Source: an uncultured delta proteobacterium (GTDB lineage Bacteria; Myxococcota; Myxococcia; Myxococcales; Myxococcaceae). Taken from it: a stretch of 64,000 bases of DNA. The notes under the pieces are model-generated. The model saw only the letters and a program-made list of their open reading frames with translations, did not search any database and was not told where the DNA came from. How positions within the stretch are numbered: the stretch's first letter is position 1; every line of letters begins with the position of its first letter. Position numbers and translations under genes: made by a program. The DNA lies in the NCBI GenBank assembly GCA_963771175.1, contig CAVYSY010000032.1, forward strand, positions 1 through 64,000. The letters run 5' to 3'. Of the stretch, positions 35,858 to 49,956 are shown in pieces.

Positions 35858-36755
35858 CTAGACCGGAACTCCGTAGACGGGGCCCAGCTTCTCCGCGCCC
35901 TCGGCGGCGACCTCGGCCTCGGGGTTGACGGGCACGAGCCGGATGGGCTTGGACTTGAAGGAGTGCTCCTCGTCCGGGAAGGTGCCCGCGCGCACCTCGG
36001 CGAAGTAGGCGCCCGCCGCCTCGGTCATGGAGCCGTGGAGGTTGGCGTAGCGCTTGACGAACTTGGGCTTGAAGTCCGGGTTCATCCCCAGCAGGTCGTA
36101 GCAGACCAGCACCTGGCCGTCGCAGTATTTGCCCGCGCCGATGCCGATGGTGGGGATGGTGAGGCGCTGGGTGATGGTGCGCGCCAGCTCCAGCGGCACG
36201 CCCTCGAGCACCAGCGAGAAGCAGCCGGCGCGCTCCAGCGCGAGGGCGTCCTCGAGAATCTTCCGGGCGGCGTCCTCGTCGCGGCCCTGCACCACGTAGC
36301 CGCCCATCTTGTGCACCGACTGGGGCGTGAGGCCCAGGTGGCCCATGACGGGGATGCTGGCGCGCACGATGGCGGAGATGACGTCGGCGAACTCGGCGCC
36401 GCCCTCCAGCTTCACCGCGCCCACGCCGCCCTCCGCCACCAGCCGGCCCGCGTTGCGCACCGCCTCCTCCACCGAGACCTGGTAGCTCATGAAGGGCATG
36501 TCGCCCACCACGAGCGCCCGCTTCGTCCCGCGCATGACGGCGGCGCGAGTGGTAGACCATCTGGTCCATCGTGACCGGGAGCGTGGAGTCGTGCCCCTGG
36601 ACGACCATGCCCAGGGAGTCACCCACGAGCAGCACGTCCGCTCCGGCTTCATCGAAGACCCGGGCGAAGGTGGCGTCGTAGGCCGTGACCATGCAGATCT
36701 TCTGGCCGCTCTGCTTCTGGCGCTTCAGCGTGTGGATGGTGACCTTGTCCTTCAC
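35858..36755 (-). CDS. panB: 3-methyl-2-oxobutanoate hydroxymethyltransferase (one frameshift near 36550)
   Basis: [51 protein letters not shown]. Confidence 0.95.
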
Positions 36756-36851
36756 GGTTCACCTCCTATGGCGGTGAGGGTTCGTCCTGCGGTTGCGTGG
36801 ATGAACACCCCTCGCCGTCCCCGGAGGGGCTCGCCGGAGGTGACCATCCAC
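36732..36851 (-). promoter_or_regulatory. Structured panB leader overlapping RBS and first codons (candidate cis-regulatory RNA)
   Basis: Nested complementarity: GGTCACCTCC with GGAGGTGAACC (RBS), GTGGATGGT with ACCATCCAC (codons 6-8), plus a long internal hairpin. Confidence 0.55.
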
Positions 36852-36919
36852 GGGGGGACTCTAACGCCCTTGGACGCGCCGCGGGGACTTCTCGTGAGGG
36901 CAGGCGGCCAGACGAGCCA

Positions 36920-37567
36920 CTATCCAGCCCGCTTGCTCGCGGTCGGGAGGTAGTGCTGGGAACCCTGACCCGCCCGGTCGATGGCACCCAGCAGCCCCTT
37001 CAGGTCGCCCTCGTTGTTGACGAAGTCGATGTCCGAGGTGTCCACCACCAGCAGCGGCGTCTCCGTGTAGTGGGAGAAGAACTCGTTGTAGGCGTGGACG
37101 AGCTCCTCCAGGTAGCCAGCGTCGAACTGACGCTCGAACTCCCGGCCGCGCTTCTTGATGCGGTAGAGCAGCACGTCCAGCCGCGCCTGCAGGAAGATGA
37201 CGAGGTCCGGCCGGGTGACGCGTGGGCTGAGCGCCTCGAAGACGCGGTCGTAGAGGGCCAGCTCGTGCGAGTCCAGCGTCAGGCACGCGAAGATGCGGTC
37301 CTTGGCGAACAGGTAGTCGCTGACCGTCACCGAGTTGAAGAGGTCCTGCTGGATCAGCTCCTGCTGCTGCCGGAAGCGCGAGAGCAGGAAGAAGAGCTGC
37401 GTCTGGAAGGCGTACTTCTGCCGGTCCTCGTAGAAGTTGGCGAGGAAGGGGTTCTCCTCGAATCGCTCGAAGATGCGCCGCGCCCCGAAACGCTCGGCGA
37501 GGATGTTGGAGAGGCTCGTCTTGCCGACGCCGATGGGCCCCTCGACCACGATGTAGCGGTTGTCCAT
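36920..37567 (-). CDS. Deoxynucleoside kinase
   Basis: IVVEGPIGVGKTS, NPFL..FY, QLFFLLSR, PDLVIFL. Confidence 0.93.
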   Translation of the reverse strand: MDNRYIVVEGPIGVGKTSLSNILAERFGARRIFERFEENPFLANFYEDRQKYAFQTQLFFLLSRFRQQQELIQQDLFNSVTVSDYLFAKDRIFACLTLDSHELALYDRVFEALSPRVTRPDLVIFLQARLDVLLYRIKKRGREFERQFDAGYLEELVHAYNEFFSHYTETPLLVVDTSDIDFVNNEGDLKGLLGAIDRAGQGSQHYLPTASKRAG

Positions 37568-37771
37568 CCCCTTCGAGACCTCCGACCTCTAACGAAAGCC
37601 ACGCCGCGCCCTTCCGGGCCGGCAGCGGGTCGCGGATATAGACCATGGGCGGGGCGAGCGGGCAATGATCCGGCACGAGGCGCGCTCTCCACGCTTGACG
37701 GCCCGGTGGGGGTCCACTACCAGAGACGCACGCGCGGTGCGAGACACGTGGGCGCGCAGGGACCGAGGGGG

Positions 37772-38053
37772 ATGAATCGAAGGCAGCGGGCGAAGACGGT
37801 CATCGAGCTGGAGCCACGCCGGGCCACGTCCACCCAGACGGCCCAGGTTCCCGCGAAGGTGGTGGAGCCCGATCCACTCTACGGCGTGGCCCTCCTCAAG
37901 ATGGCCCTGGAGCTGAAGCGCCGACAGGACGGCTCGCCGGAGGAGATCCTCCGCGACGTGCTCGCGCGCATGCGGCTGCCCGAGGACGAGTTCCGCGCGT
38001 GGCTCTCCCAGCAGGGCGGGCTGTTGCAGTCCCTGGGCAGCGGAGAGCACTGA
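37772..38053 (+). CDS. Hypothetical protein
   Basis: GAGGGG RBS, host-like codon usage; TTGACG at 37695 is a possible -35. Confidence 0.6.
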   Translation: MNRRQRAKTVIELEPRRATSTQTAQVPAKVVEPDPLYGVALLKMALELKRRQDGSPEEILRDVLARMRLPEDEFRAWLSQQGGLLQSLGSGEH

Positions 38054-38065
38054 GCGGCGCTGGAG

Positions 38066-38464
38066 CTACTGCGCCGCCACCCACGGCTGGAGCGCCGCAT
38101 CCACCGCGTTGCCGAGAGACTTGCACAACGAGTACTCGGTGCGCAGCCGCTCGACGGGCGTGGCCGCCTCGAAGCGCCGCGTCTCGAAGAAGAGCGCGTA
38201 CACCACCTTATCGCCCACCTTCGAGCGGATGCCGAGGTGGTCCCCCTGCACGTCCATCTGCGGCAGCAGCATCCGCTCCAGCGAGCGGTAGACGCGGGCC
38301 ATGTCCCGGGTGGCGCCCACGAAGGCGTTCTCGTCGATCAGAGGAATCGCACTCGGATCGCCCCAACGCAGCAGCACCTCCCCATCGGGGCGGGCGAACA
38401 CCGCGTACAGCACGCCGAACCGGTTGAGTACCGGCTCCAAGGCCTCCAATGGCAGGGGTCTCAT
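38066..38464 (-). CDS. Hypothetical protein, possible Roadblock/profilin-like fold
   Basis: GGAGG RBS; intact ORF following rsmA; FGVLYAVFARPDGEVLLRWG resembles the Roadblock beta-hairpin. Confidence 0.55.
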   Translation of the reverse strand: MRPLPLEALEPVLNRFGVLYAVFARPDGEVLLRWGDPSAIPLIDENAFVGATRDMARVYRSLERMLLPQMDVQGDHLGIRSKVGDKVVYALFFETRRFEAATPVERLRTEYSLCKSLGNAVDAALQPWVAAQ

Positions 38465-38488
38465 CAGTCCTCCCAAGCCAGATTACCT

Positions 38489-39319
38489 CTACCCTGCAAT
38501 GGGTCCGAGCGAACGCTCGATGGCGGCGAACTCCCGGGCGAGAGCGTCTCCGCGCGACGGGTGGGGTCGATGCCGGCCGTCTCCAGCGCTTTCTGGAGCT
38601 GCTCCAGCGTACCGAGCGTCTTGTCCGACTTGAGCGAGTTGATGAGCGTCTTGCGCCGCTGGGCGAAGCCCGCCTTCACCAGCCGGATGTAGCGCGCGCC
38701 GTCCACCACCGGGGCCAGGGGCTGGGGCCGCCGCGTCAGCCGCAGCACCGCCGAGTCCACCTTGGGCGGCGGGTGGAAGCGCTGGGCGTCGATGTCGAAG
38801 AGGTGCTCGGACTCGAAGTACAGGCCCAGGATGGCGGTGAGCAGGCCGTAGTCGCGCCCACCCGGCTCGGCCGCGAGCCTGTCCACCACCTCCTTCTGGA
38901 GGGTGAAGACGGCGCGCGTCACATGCTCGCGCTGCTCCAGCACCTGGAAGAGGATGGAGCTCGTCAGGTGGTACGGGAGGTTGCCCGCCACCTTCAGCTC
39001 GGGGACACCGGCCACCTCGGCGAAGTCCACCGTGGCCGCGTTGCCGGACACCACGCGCACCCCGGGGATGGCCTCCTTCTCCAGCACCGCGATCATGTCG
39101 CGGTCCTTCTCCACCGCGGTGACGCGCGCGCCCGTGGCGGCGCAGGAAGCGAGTCAGGTGCCCGAGGCCCGGGCCCAGCTCCACCACCGGCTCGCCCTCG
39201 CGCAGCTCCAGCGCGTCGGCGATGGCCTCGAGAATCTGCGGGTCTCCGAGGAAGTTCTGCCCCCAGCTGTGCTTGGCCCTCAGGCCATGACGCTGGAGGA
39301 TGTCACGTGGCGTATCCAC
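38489..39319 (-). CDS. rsmA: 16S rRNA adenine dimethyltransferase (frameshifted)
   Basis: WGQNFL, VELGPGLGHLT, VAGNLPYHLTS, QKEVVDRL, FHPPPKVDSAV, FAQRRKTL. Confidence 0.95.
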   Translation of the reverse strand: MDTPRDILQRHGLRAKHSWGQNFLGDPQILEAIADALELREGEPVVELGPGLGHLTRFLRRHGRARHRGGEGPRHDRGAGEGGHPRGARGVRQRGHGGLRRGGRCPRAEGGGQPPVPPDELHPLPGAGAARACDARRLHPPEGGGGQARGRAGWARLRPAHRHPGPVLRVRAPLRHRRPALPPAAQGGLGGAAADAAAPAPGPGGGRRALHPAGEGGLRPAAQDAHQLAQVGQDARYAGAAPESAGDGRHRPHPSRGDALAREFAAIERSLGPIAG

Positions 39320-39337
39320 TCGCGGCTCCCTTCACCT

Positions 39338-40337
39338 TCACATGCGCCAGGCCGGGTCCGCGGACAGGTTGAAGTCTCCGCGCAGACCCCGGCGCCAGGC
39401 CTCATAGCCCGCCACGGCGATCATCGCGCCGTTGTCCGTACACAGCCGCACCGGCGGCAGGAAGAGCTTCAGGCCCCGCTCCTCGGCGCGCTCCTGGCAC
39501 AGCGAGCGCAGCCGCGAGTTGGCCGCCACGCCCGCCGCACACCACCAGGCGATTCAGGCCCAACCGGCGCGCGGCGGCGACGAACTTCTTCGACAGCGCG
39601 TCCGCCACGGCCTCCTGGAAGGAGGCGCACAGGTCCGCCAGCGCCTGCCCCTGGGGCACGCCGTGCTTGCGCACGTGCTGCAGCACCGCCGTCTTCAGGC
39701 CGGAGAAGGACCAGTCGAAGTTCTCCGAGCCGGGCAGCGCGCGGGGGAAGCGGATGGCCTCCGGGTTCCCCTTCTGCGCGAGCTGGTCGATGGGCAGCCC
39801 GCCCGGGTACGGCAGGCCGAGGATGCGCGCCGTCTTGTCGTAGGCCTCGCCGGCGGCGTCGTCGCGGGTGCTGCCCACCAGCCGGTAGCGGCCGTAGTCC
39901 TGCACCTCGTAGAGGCTGGTGTGGCCTCCGGAGACGACGAGCCCGAGGAACGGGGGCTCCGGCGCATCCTCGAGCAGCCGGATGGCGAGCAGGTGCCCCT
40001 CCAGGTGGTTGGCCCCGACGAAGGGCTTGCCGGTGGCGAGGCTCAGCGACTTGGCCACCTGCACGCCCACCAGGAGCGCGCCGATGAGGCCGGGCCCGGA
40101 GGTGACGGCGATGAGGTCCACGTCGTCGAGCGTCTTGCCGGCCCGGGTGAGGGCCTCGTGCAGGACGGGCATCACCTGCACCACGTGGTTGCGGCTGGCG
40201 AGCTCCGGCACCACCCCACCCCAGCGCCGGTGGATGTCCACCTGGGTGGAGACGACGTCGGAGAGCACGCGCCGACCGTCCTCCACGAGGGCGGCGGCGG
40301 TCTCATCACAGGAGGTTTCGAGTCCGAGTACGAGCAA
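39338..40337 (-). CDS. tsaD: tRNA threonylcarbamoyltransferase subunit TsaD (one frameshift near the 3' end)
   Basis: [53 protein letters not shown]. Confidence 0.96.
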
Positions 40338-40369
40338 GGAGACAGCCTTTCCGGGAGCCCGCCGCCCGC

Positions 40370-43137
<2,768 letters not shown>

Positions 43138-43304
43138 TAGCGGTAGCGGGGGTGGGGTTCTCGGCCGGCGTCCAGGGGGGCGGGCCCTGTCCCGGGGGCT
43201 CGGGACCCGCCCGGAGGGCGGGCAGGCGGGCGGGTTTCCAGGAAAGCCCCGACCTGTCCGCCCTGGCGGAGTGGGAGCGGAAGGTCAGGGGCTCGAACCA
43301 ACCG

Positions 43305-46300
43305 TCAGCGGAAGAGGCCGCCCTTCTTGGGGGGCGGCGGATTCTTCTTGCGCATCTCGATGAGGCGCAGCTCCTGGTTGGCCTCGAGGTGCTTGGGGTT
43401 GGCGCGCACCGCCTCGCGGAAGTGGCGCTCGGCGCGGTCCATGTCGCCCTCGACGCGGGCGATGACGCCGAGCTGGTAGTGGGCCCGGTCGCAGTTCGGC
43501 GTCCCGCTTGAGCGCCTCGGCCATCATCTGCTTGGCCTTGGGAGCCTCGGCCTTGCGCTGCGGGTCCATGTAGATGGCCCACGCGCAGGCGGCGAGGTAC
43601 AGGGCCTTGGGGTCGGCGCTGTAGGCGCGCTCGAAGTGCTCCACCGCGGCCGCGAAGTCCCGCTTGCGGAAGAAGACCTCGCCCATCTTGAAGAGGTCGT
43701 TCGGGTCCACTCCGCCGGGCCGGGCGGGCGCTCTGCGCGGCGCACCCTGGTGCGCAGCTCCTGGAGGTAGGCCGCGCGCTTCGCGTCGTCGTAGAGGACC
43801 TCGTAGGCCTCGCGGATGGCCTCGAAGACGGCGGTCATCTTGGGCGCGAGCGCGGAGAGCGCCGGCGGCAGGCGGTCCGGGTGGAAGCGCTTGGCGAGCC
43901 CGAGGAACGCGGTCTTCACCTGCTCGCGCGTCACCTCCGGACCGATCGTCAGACCGAGCATGGTGAAGTGGTCACGCTTCGCCTGCACGTCGGCGTAGCC
44001 GCTGCTCGATGAGCTGGGCGAGCTGCTGCTCGTCGAGACCGCTCGGGGCCGACGCTCCGGGAGCGGGGCGCGAAGTCGCGGGCGAGGGAGCAGCGGGAGC
44101 GACCCCGGGGCCGCGGTGGGACGGGGCGCGGCGGGCCCCAGTGCCTCCATGGTGCGCTGGAGCAGGCGCTGGCGACGGAGCTTCGACGCCTCGTCGGTGG
44201 GCTCGCCCGCCAGATCGTCCTCATCGAGGGCCAGGTCGTCCCAGTCGTCGGGCGGCTGGGCGGCGCCGGTCTGGTCCGGGGTGGCGGTGCTGACCGCCGG
44301 AGAAGGCGCGGGGGCCGGGGACCCGGGAGAGACCCCAGGAGTGGCCTGGACGCGGGCCTTCACCGTCGGCGCGACGGCGGGAGCGCGGGCCTGGGGGACC
44401 TCGGTCTGGACGAGGGACTCCAGGTGGGCATCGACCTGCTGCAGCGCGGCCTCGAAGGAGGCACTCATGTCCCCGGGAGCCACGGCGGACGCGTTGGCCC
44501 CGTCGAAGGTCACGATGCGCCAGAGGTCGTCATCGCCAGCGGGGCGAGGTGCGTCCGGTCCCAGCCGGAGCGGCTGCATGGACGCGGGCGCGGGCGCGGC
44601 GGGTGCATTGGCACGGGCCGACAAATTCGGAGGAACAGCGACCCGCCGAGGCGGGCGCGGGGGCCGCGGGCAGTACGGAGAGCCCGGAGGAACAACACCC
44701 GCCGAGGCGGGCGCGGGGGCCGCGGGAGTGCGGAGACCCGGAGGGACAGCACCCGCCGGAGCGGGCGCGGGGGACGCGGGAGAACGGAGACCCGGAGGGA
44801 CGGCGGCCCGAGGCGGCACGGTTGGCTGCGGGCGTGCGGCCGGCGGAGGTACAGAGGGAGCGGCGGTGACAGGGGCAGTGGGCACGGCGCAGCCACTGGC
44901 CCGGCGGGGAGGGCATCCATGAGCCACTCCTCGGGAGCAGGAGCTCCGGCTCGCCGCATCGCCTCCTGCATGTCCTGCATCAGCGCGGCATTGGCCCGTT
45001 CGCGCGCGAGCTGGAGCAGCGGCCGTATCCTCCTGGACGGGCAGCTCCTCGCTGTCCGGGCTCCGGGCCAGCTCCAGGCCACTCGGGCCCGTCGCCAGCT
45101 CCAGCTCGCCAGAGCCCTCGGATGTATCGCTCGGGAAGGCGTCGAACCAGACCTCGGAGGCGGGCGCGACCTCGGAGAGGGAGTCCTCGACCTTGGCGCC
45201 GAGCGTCGTTCCCGCGGCGGGCGCGGCGGGTGTAGCGGCGAACCGACCGACTTCGGACAACGGGAAGTCGATTGGCGACGCGGTGAGGATCAGCTCCTCA
45301 TCCTGCAACTCGGCCGACTCAGCGAGGCGAGCCACATCCGAGAGCTGAGACACCTCGGAGGGACGCAGCTGGTCGGCGAGGAGCTGTGCCTCCGCGAGGC
45401 GCTTCTCTTCCGCGAGACGCGCGGCTTCAGCACGCCGTTTCTCCTCGACGATTCGCTTCTCTTCCGCGAGACGCGCGGCTTCAGCGCGGCGAGCCGCTTC
45501 GGCCCGACGAGCAACCTCGGCACGACGGGCCTCCTCAGCGAGTCGAGCCTCTTCAGCGAGTCGAGCCTCCTCAGCGAGTCGAGCCTCCTCAGCGAGTCGA
45601 GCCTCTTCAGCGAGTCGAGCCTCCTCAGCGAGTCGAGCCTCTTCAGCGAGTCGAGCCTCCTCAGCGAGTCGAGCCTCTTCAGCGAGGCGAGCCTCTTCGG
45701 CGCGGCGAGCTCCTCTTCCGCAGCCCGACGCGCCTCTTCCGCGAGCCGAGCCTCTTCCGCGAGCCGAGCCTCTTCGGCCAGCCGGGCCTCCTCTTCAAGA
45801 CGGGCCTCTTCGGCCGACGAGCCTCTTCAGCGAGTCGAGCCTCTTCGGCAAGGCGAGCCTCTTCTGCGACCCGACGGCCTCTTCGGCAAGACGAGCCTCT
45901 TCCGCGAGGCGGGCCTCTTCGGCGAGTCGAGCCTCTTCAGCCGAGTCGCGCCTCTTCGGCCAGCCGCGCCTCTTCCGCGAGGCGGGCCTCTTCGGCGAGT
46001 CGAGCCTCTTCGGCCAGCCGCGCCTCTTCGGCGAGGCGCGCCTCTTCAGCGAGCCGCGCCTCTTCCTCTGCCCGGCGCCGCAACTCTTCGGCGAGACGAG
46101 CCTCTTCGGCCAGTCGCGCCTCTTCGGCCAGCCGCGCCTCTTCCGCGAGGCGGGCCTCTTCGGCGAGGCGGGCCTCTTCCGCGAGGCGAGCCTCTTCAGC
46201 GAGCGGGCCTCTTCGGCGAGTCGGGCCTCTTCCGCGAGGCGCGCCTCTTCAGCCAGCCGCGCCTCTTCCGCGAGGCGGGCCTCTTCGGCGAGGCGGGCCT

Positions 46301-48120
46301 CTTCAGCGAGCCGAGCCTCTTCCGCGAGCCGAGCCTCTTCCGCGAGCCGAGCCTCTTCCGCGAGCCGAGCCTCTTCGGCGAGCCGAGCCTCTTCCGCGAG
46401 GCGGGCCTCTTCGGCCAGCCGCGCCTCTTCCGCGAGGCGGGCCTCTTCGGCGAGCCGAGCCTCTTCAGCGAGCCGAGCCTCTTCCGCGAGGCGAGCCTCT
46501 TCTTCAGCCCGGCGCCGCTCCTCTTCAGCCTGGCAGCCGCGCCTCTTCGGCCAGGCGCGCCTCTTCCGCGAGGCGGGCCTCTTCGGCCAGTCGCGCCTCT
46601 TCAGCGAGCCGCGCCTCTTCCGCGAGCCGAGCCTCTTCTTCAGCCCGGCGCCGCGCCTCTTCGGCGAGTCGCGCCTCTTCGGCGAGGCGCGCCTCTTCCG
46701 CGAGGCGGGCCTCTTCGGCGAGCCGGGCCTCTTCGCGAGCCGGGCCTCTTCGGCGAGCCGCGCCTCTTCCGCGAGCCGCGCCTCTTCCGCGAGCCGCGCC
46801 TCTTCGGCCAGCCGCGCCTCTTCCGCCAGCCGCGCCTCTTCCGCGAGGCGGGCCTCTTCGGCGAGTCGCGCCTCTTCCTCTTCCTCTGCCCGGCGCCGCG
46901 CCTCTTCGGCGAGGCGGGCCTCCTCCGCGAGTCGGGCCTCTTCAGCGAGTCGCGCCTCTTCCGCGAGGCGGGCCTCTTCAGCCAGCCGCGCCTCTTCTGC
47001 CGGCGCCGCGCCTCTTCCGCGAGGCGGGCCTCTTCCGCGAGCCGAGCCTCTTCGGCCAGTCGGGCCTCTTCCGCGAGGCGGGCCTCTTCGGCCAGTCGCG
47101 CCTCTTCGGCCAGCCGCGCCTCTTCCGCGAGGCGGGCCTCCTCGGCCAGTCGCGCCTCTTCGGCCAGTCGGGCCTCTTCAGCGAGTCGCGCCTCTTCGGC
47201 CAGTCGCGCCTCTTCAGCCAGCCGCGCCTCTTCGGCCAGTCGCGCCTCTTCCGCGAGGCGGGCCTCCTCCGCGAGCCGCGCCTCCTCCGCGAGCCGGGCC
47301 TCTTCGGCCAGTCGCGCCTCTTCCGCGAGGCGCGCCTCTTCTTCGGCCCGCCGCCGAGCCTCCTCGGCCCGCCGCGCCTCTTCCGCGAGTCGGGCCTCTT
47401 CAGCCAGTCGCGCCTCTTCCTCTGCCCGCCGCCGAGCCTCTTCTTCCGCCCGCCGCCGAGCCTCCTCCGCCCGCCGCGCCCGCTCGCGGGCCTCCCACTC
47501 CTCAATGCACAGCGACTCGACGAGGCCCTCGCGCTCGAGGAGGTGGAGCAGCACCTCCTGGGCGGGCGCCAGCACCTCCAAGCGCTGGAAGTCCGTCAAC
47601 GTCTCGAGGAAAGCCGTCTCTTCCTCCTCCGTCACCCACGGGGCGCACGCCTCCACGTCCGCGCAGCGGTACATGCGCGCCACGGGGGCATCGGCGCGCG
47701 CGGGCTCGAGCGCGGCGCGGACGACGCGAGTGCCCGCGATGGGGCGGAACATCTCGCTCCACCCCACCCGCCTCGAACGCGGCGCGCTCGGCGAGCGCGC
47801 TCAACCGCCGCACCTGGGCGAGCACCTGCTGCTCCGCCACCACCTCCCGGTGCCAGCCCGAGCTCCTCCAGCAGGTCCTCGTCCGGAGCCCCGGCGCTGT
47901 CCCGGGCCCACAGCGCGTCCAGCATCTCCGCCCGCAGCGTCCGGCCTGCAGCAGCGCCTGCACGGGCGTCTGGAACCCGAAGCCAATCCGCGTCCCCACC
48001 AGGTCTCCGCCCTGCAGGAAGAGCGAGCGACTCACGCCCTCCGGCGTGCAGGGTGAGCCGGCCGGTGGCGCGGGACTTGTGGGCGGAGTACAGCGCTTCG
48101 GCGACCTGCGAGGGGGGCAT
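43305..48120 (-). CDS. Giant J-domain protein: DUF4388-like N-terminus - (EEARLA)n rod - Pro/Ala linker - J domain - TPR (frameshifted, about 1600 aa)
   Basis: N-terminal SRATGRLTL...[11 protein letters not shown] domain HFTMLGL...[16 protein letters not shown]...[28 protein letters not shown]; ends KGGLFR*. Confidence 0.8.
44625..44806 (-). repeat. About 54-bp tandem repeat (3-4 copies) encoding AVPPGLRxPAxPAPAxAG
   Basis: Repeated ACCCGCCG..GCGGGCGCGGGGG..GCGGGAG..CGGAGACCCGGAGG units. Confidence 0.7.
45530..47480 (-). repeat. 18-bp coding minisatellite, about 100 copies, encoding EEARLA
   Basis: Continuous GCCTCTTC(C/G/A)GC(G/C)AG(C/T/G)CG(A/C/G) units varying at synonymous positions, with occasional [10 protein letters not shown] units. 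Confidence 0.95.
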
Positions 48121-48153
48121 GCGACGCCCCAGTGTAGTCCTTCCGCCCCTCCC

Positions 48154-48664
48154 TCAACTCGCCGGCGTGCCCGCCCGCCCGGCCGCCTCGCCGAGCTGCA
48201 CCTGCCGCAGGGCCTCGTAGGTGGCGATCCCCACCGCGGTGGAGAGGTTGAGGCTGCGGCGCTCGGGGAGCATGGGGATGGTGACGGGCGTCCCCGAGCC
48301 CCCGGCCACGCACTGTCCGGGGCAGCCCCTGCGTCTCCGAGCCGAACACCAGGTGGTCTCCCGGCTCGAAGCGCGCCGCGTACAGGGATGTCGCGGCGCG
48401 CGGCGGAGAAGAGCCAGCGCCGCGCCGCGGGCACGTCCGCCAGGTAGGCGTCGTAGTCCGGGTAGAGCTTCAGGAAGACCTTGTCCCAGTAGTCGAGCCC
48501 GGCGCGCTTGAGGTCGCGGTCGGCGATGGAGAAGCCCGAGCGGCTCGACGAGGATGAGCCGGCAGCCGGTGACGGCGCACAGCCGGGCCACGTTGCCGGT
48601 GTTGGGGGGAATCTGCGGGGCGACCAGGACGAGGTGGAAGGGGCTGCGCCAGGGGCTCGAGCAT
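48154..48664 (-). CDS. trmL: tRNA (cytidine(34)-2'-O)-methyltransferase (frameshifted)
   Basis: [49 protein letters not shown]. Confidence 0.92.
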
Positions 48665-48682
48665 GGGGTAGAAGCGCGCGAC

Positions 48683-49042
48683 ATGCGCCTGAGGGTGAAC
48701 AACGTGCACGCGGGACCGCCTGCTGGCGGATCGCGCCCAGCGCGCCACGAGCTTCGTGGACCGGTTCATGGGGCTGATGGGCCGCGCGGCGCTGCCCTTG
48801 GGCGAGGGGCTGCACATCGAGCCCTGCAACTCCATCCACACCTTCTTCATGCGCATCCCCATCGACGTGGCCTTCCTCGACGCGGAGGGGGTCATCGTCA
48901 AGCAGCTCTCGGCCCTGCCCCCCTGGAGGGCGACCGCGGTGTACTTCCGGGCGACGCTCGGTGCTGGAGCTGCCCGCCGGGACGCTCGCAGGCGAGCGGC
49001 ACCCAGGAGGGGGATCGGCTGCGCTTCGAGCCGGTCGCTTGA
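48683..49042 (+). CDS. DUF192 domain protein (frameshifted)
   Basis: [37 protein letters not shown]. Confidence 0.85.
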   Translation: MRLRVNNVHAGPPAGGSRPARHELRGPVHGADGPRGAALGRGAAHRALQLHPHLLHAHPHRRGLPRRGGGHRQAALGPAPLEGDRGVLPGDARCWSCPPGRSQASGTQEGDRLRFEPVA

Positions 49043-49159
49043 GCCTCCACGGACCGTGAAGGACAACCCCGGCATTCGGGGCTTTGACCCGCCTCGTGGC
49101 GCTTTGTTAACCTGCCCGTCTTCCACGGCACTCCTGGACTCGTTGGAGACTCACCGAGC

Positions 49160-49934
<775 letters not shown>

Positions 49935-49956
49935 GCGTCGTGAGCCGCCCCGCGGG

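Noticed and set aside
36530..36570. Programmed frameshift in panB (and similar cases in tsaD, rsmA, CBS)
   Set aside because: No slippery sequence; matches the general indel noise.
45530..47480. Long repeat array as a CRISPR or non-coding repeat element
   Set aside because: Units are contiguous 18-mers without unique spacers, vary at synonymous positions, and no cas genes are present.
44424..48220. 1210-aa and 944-aa plus-strand ORFs
   Set aside because: Antisense shadows of the stop-free repeat; the minus strand carries the recognisable domains.
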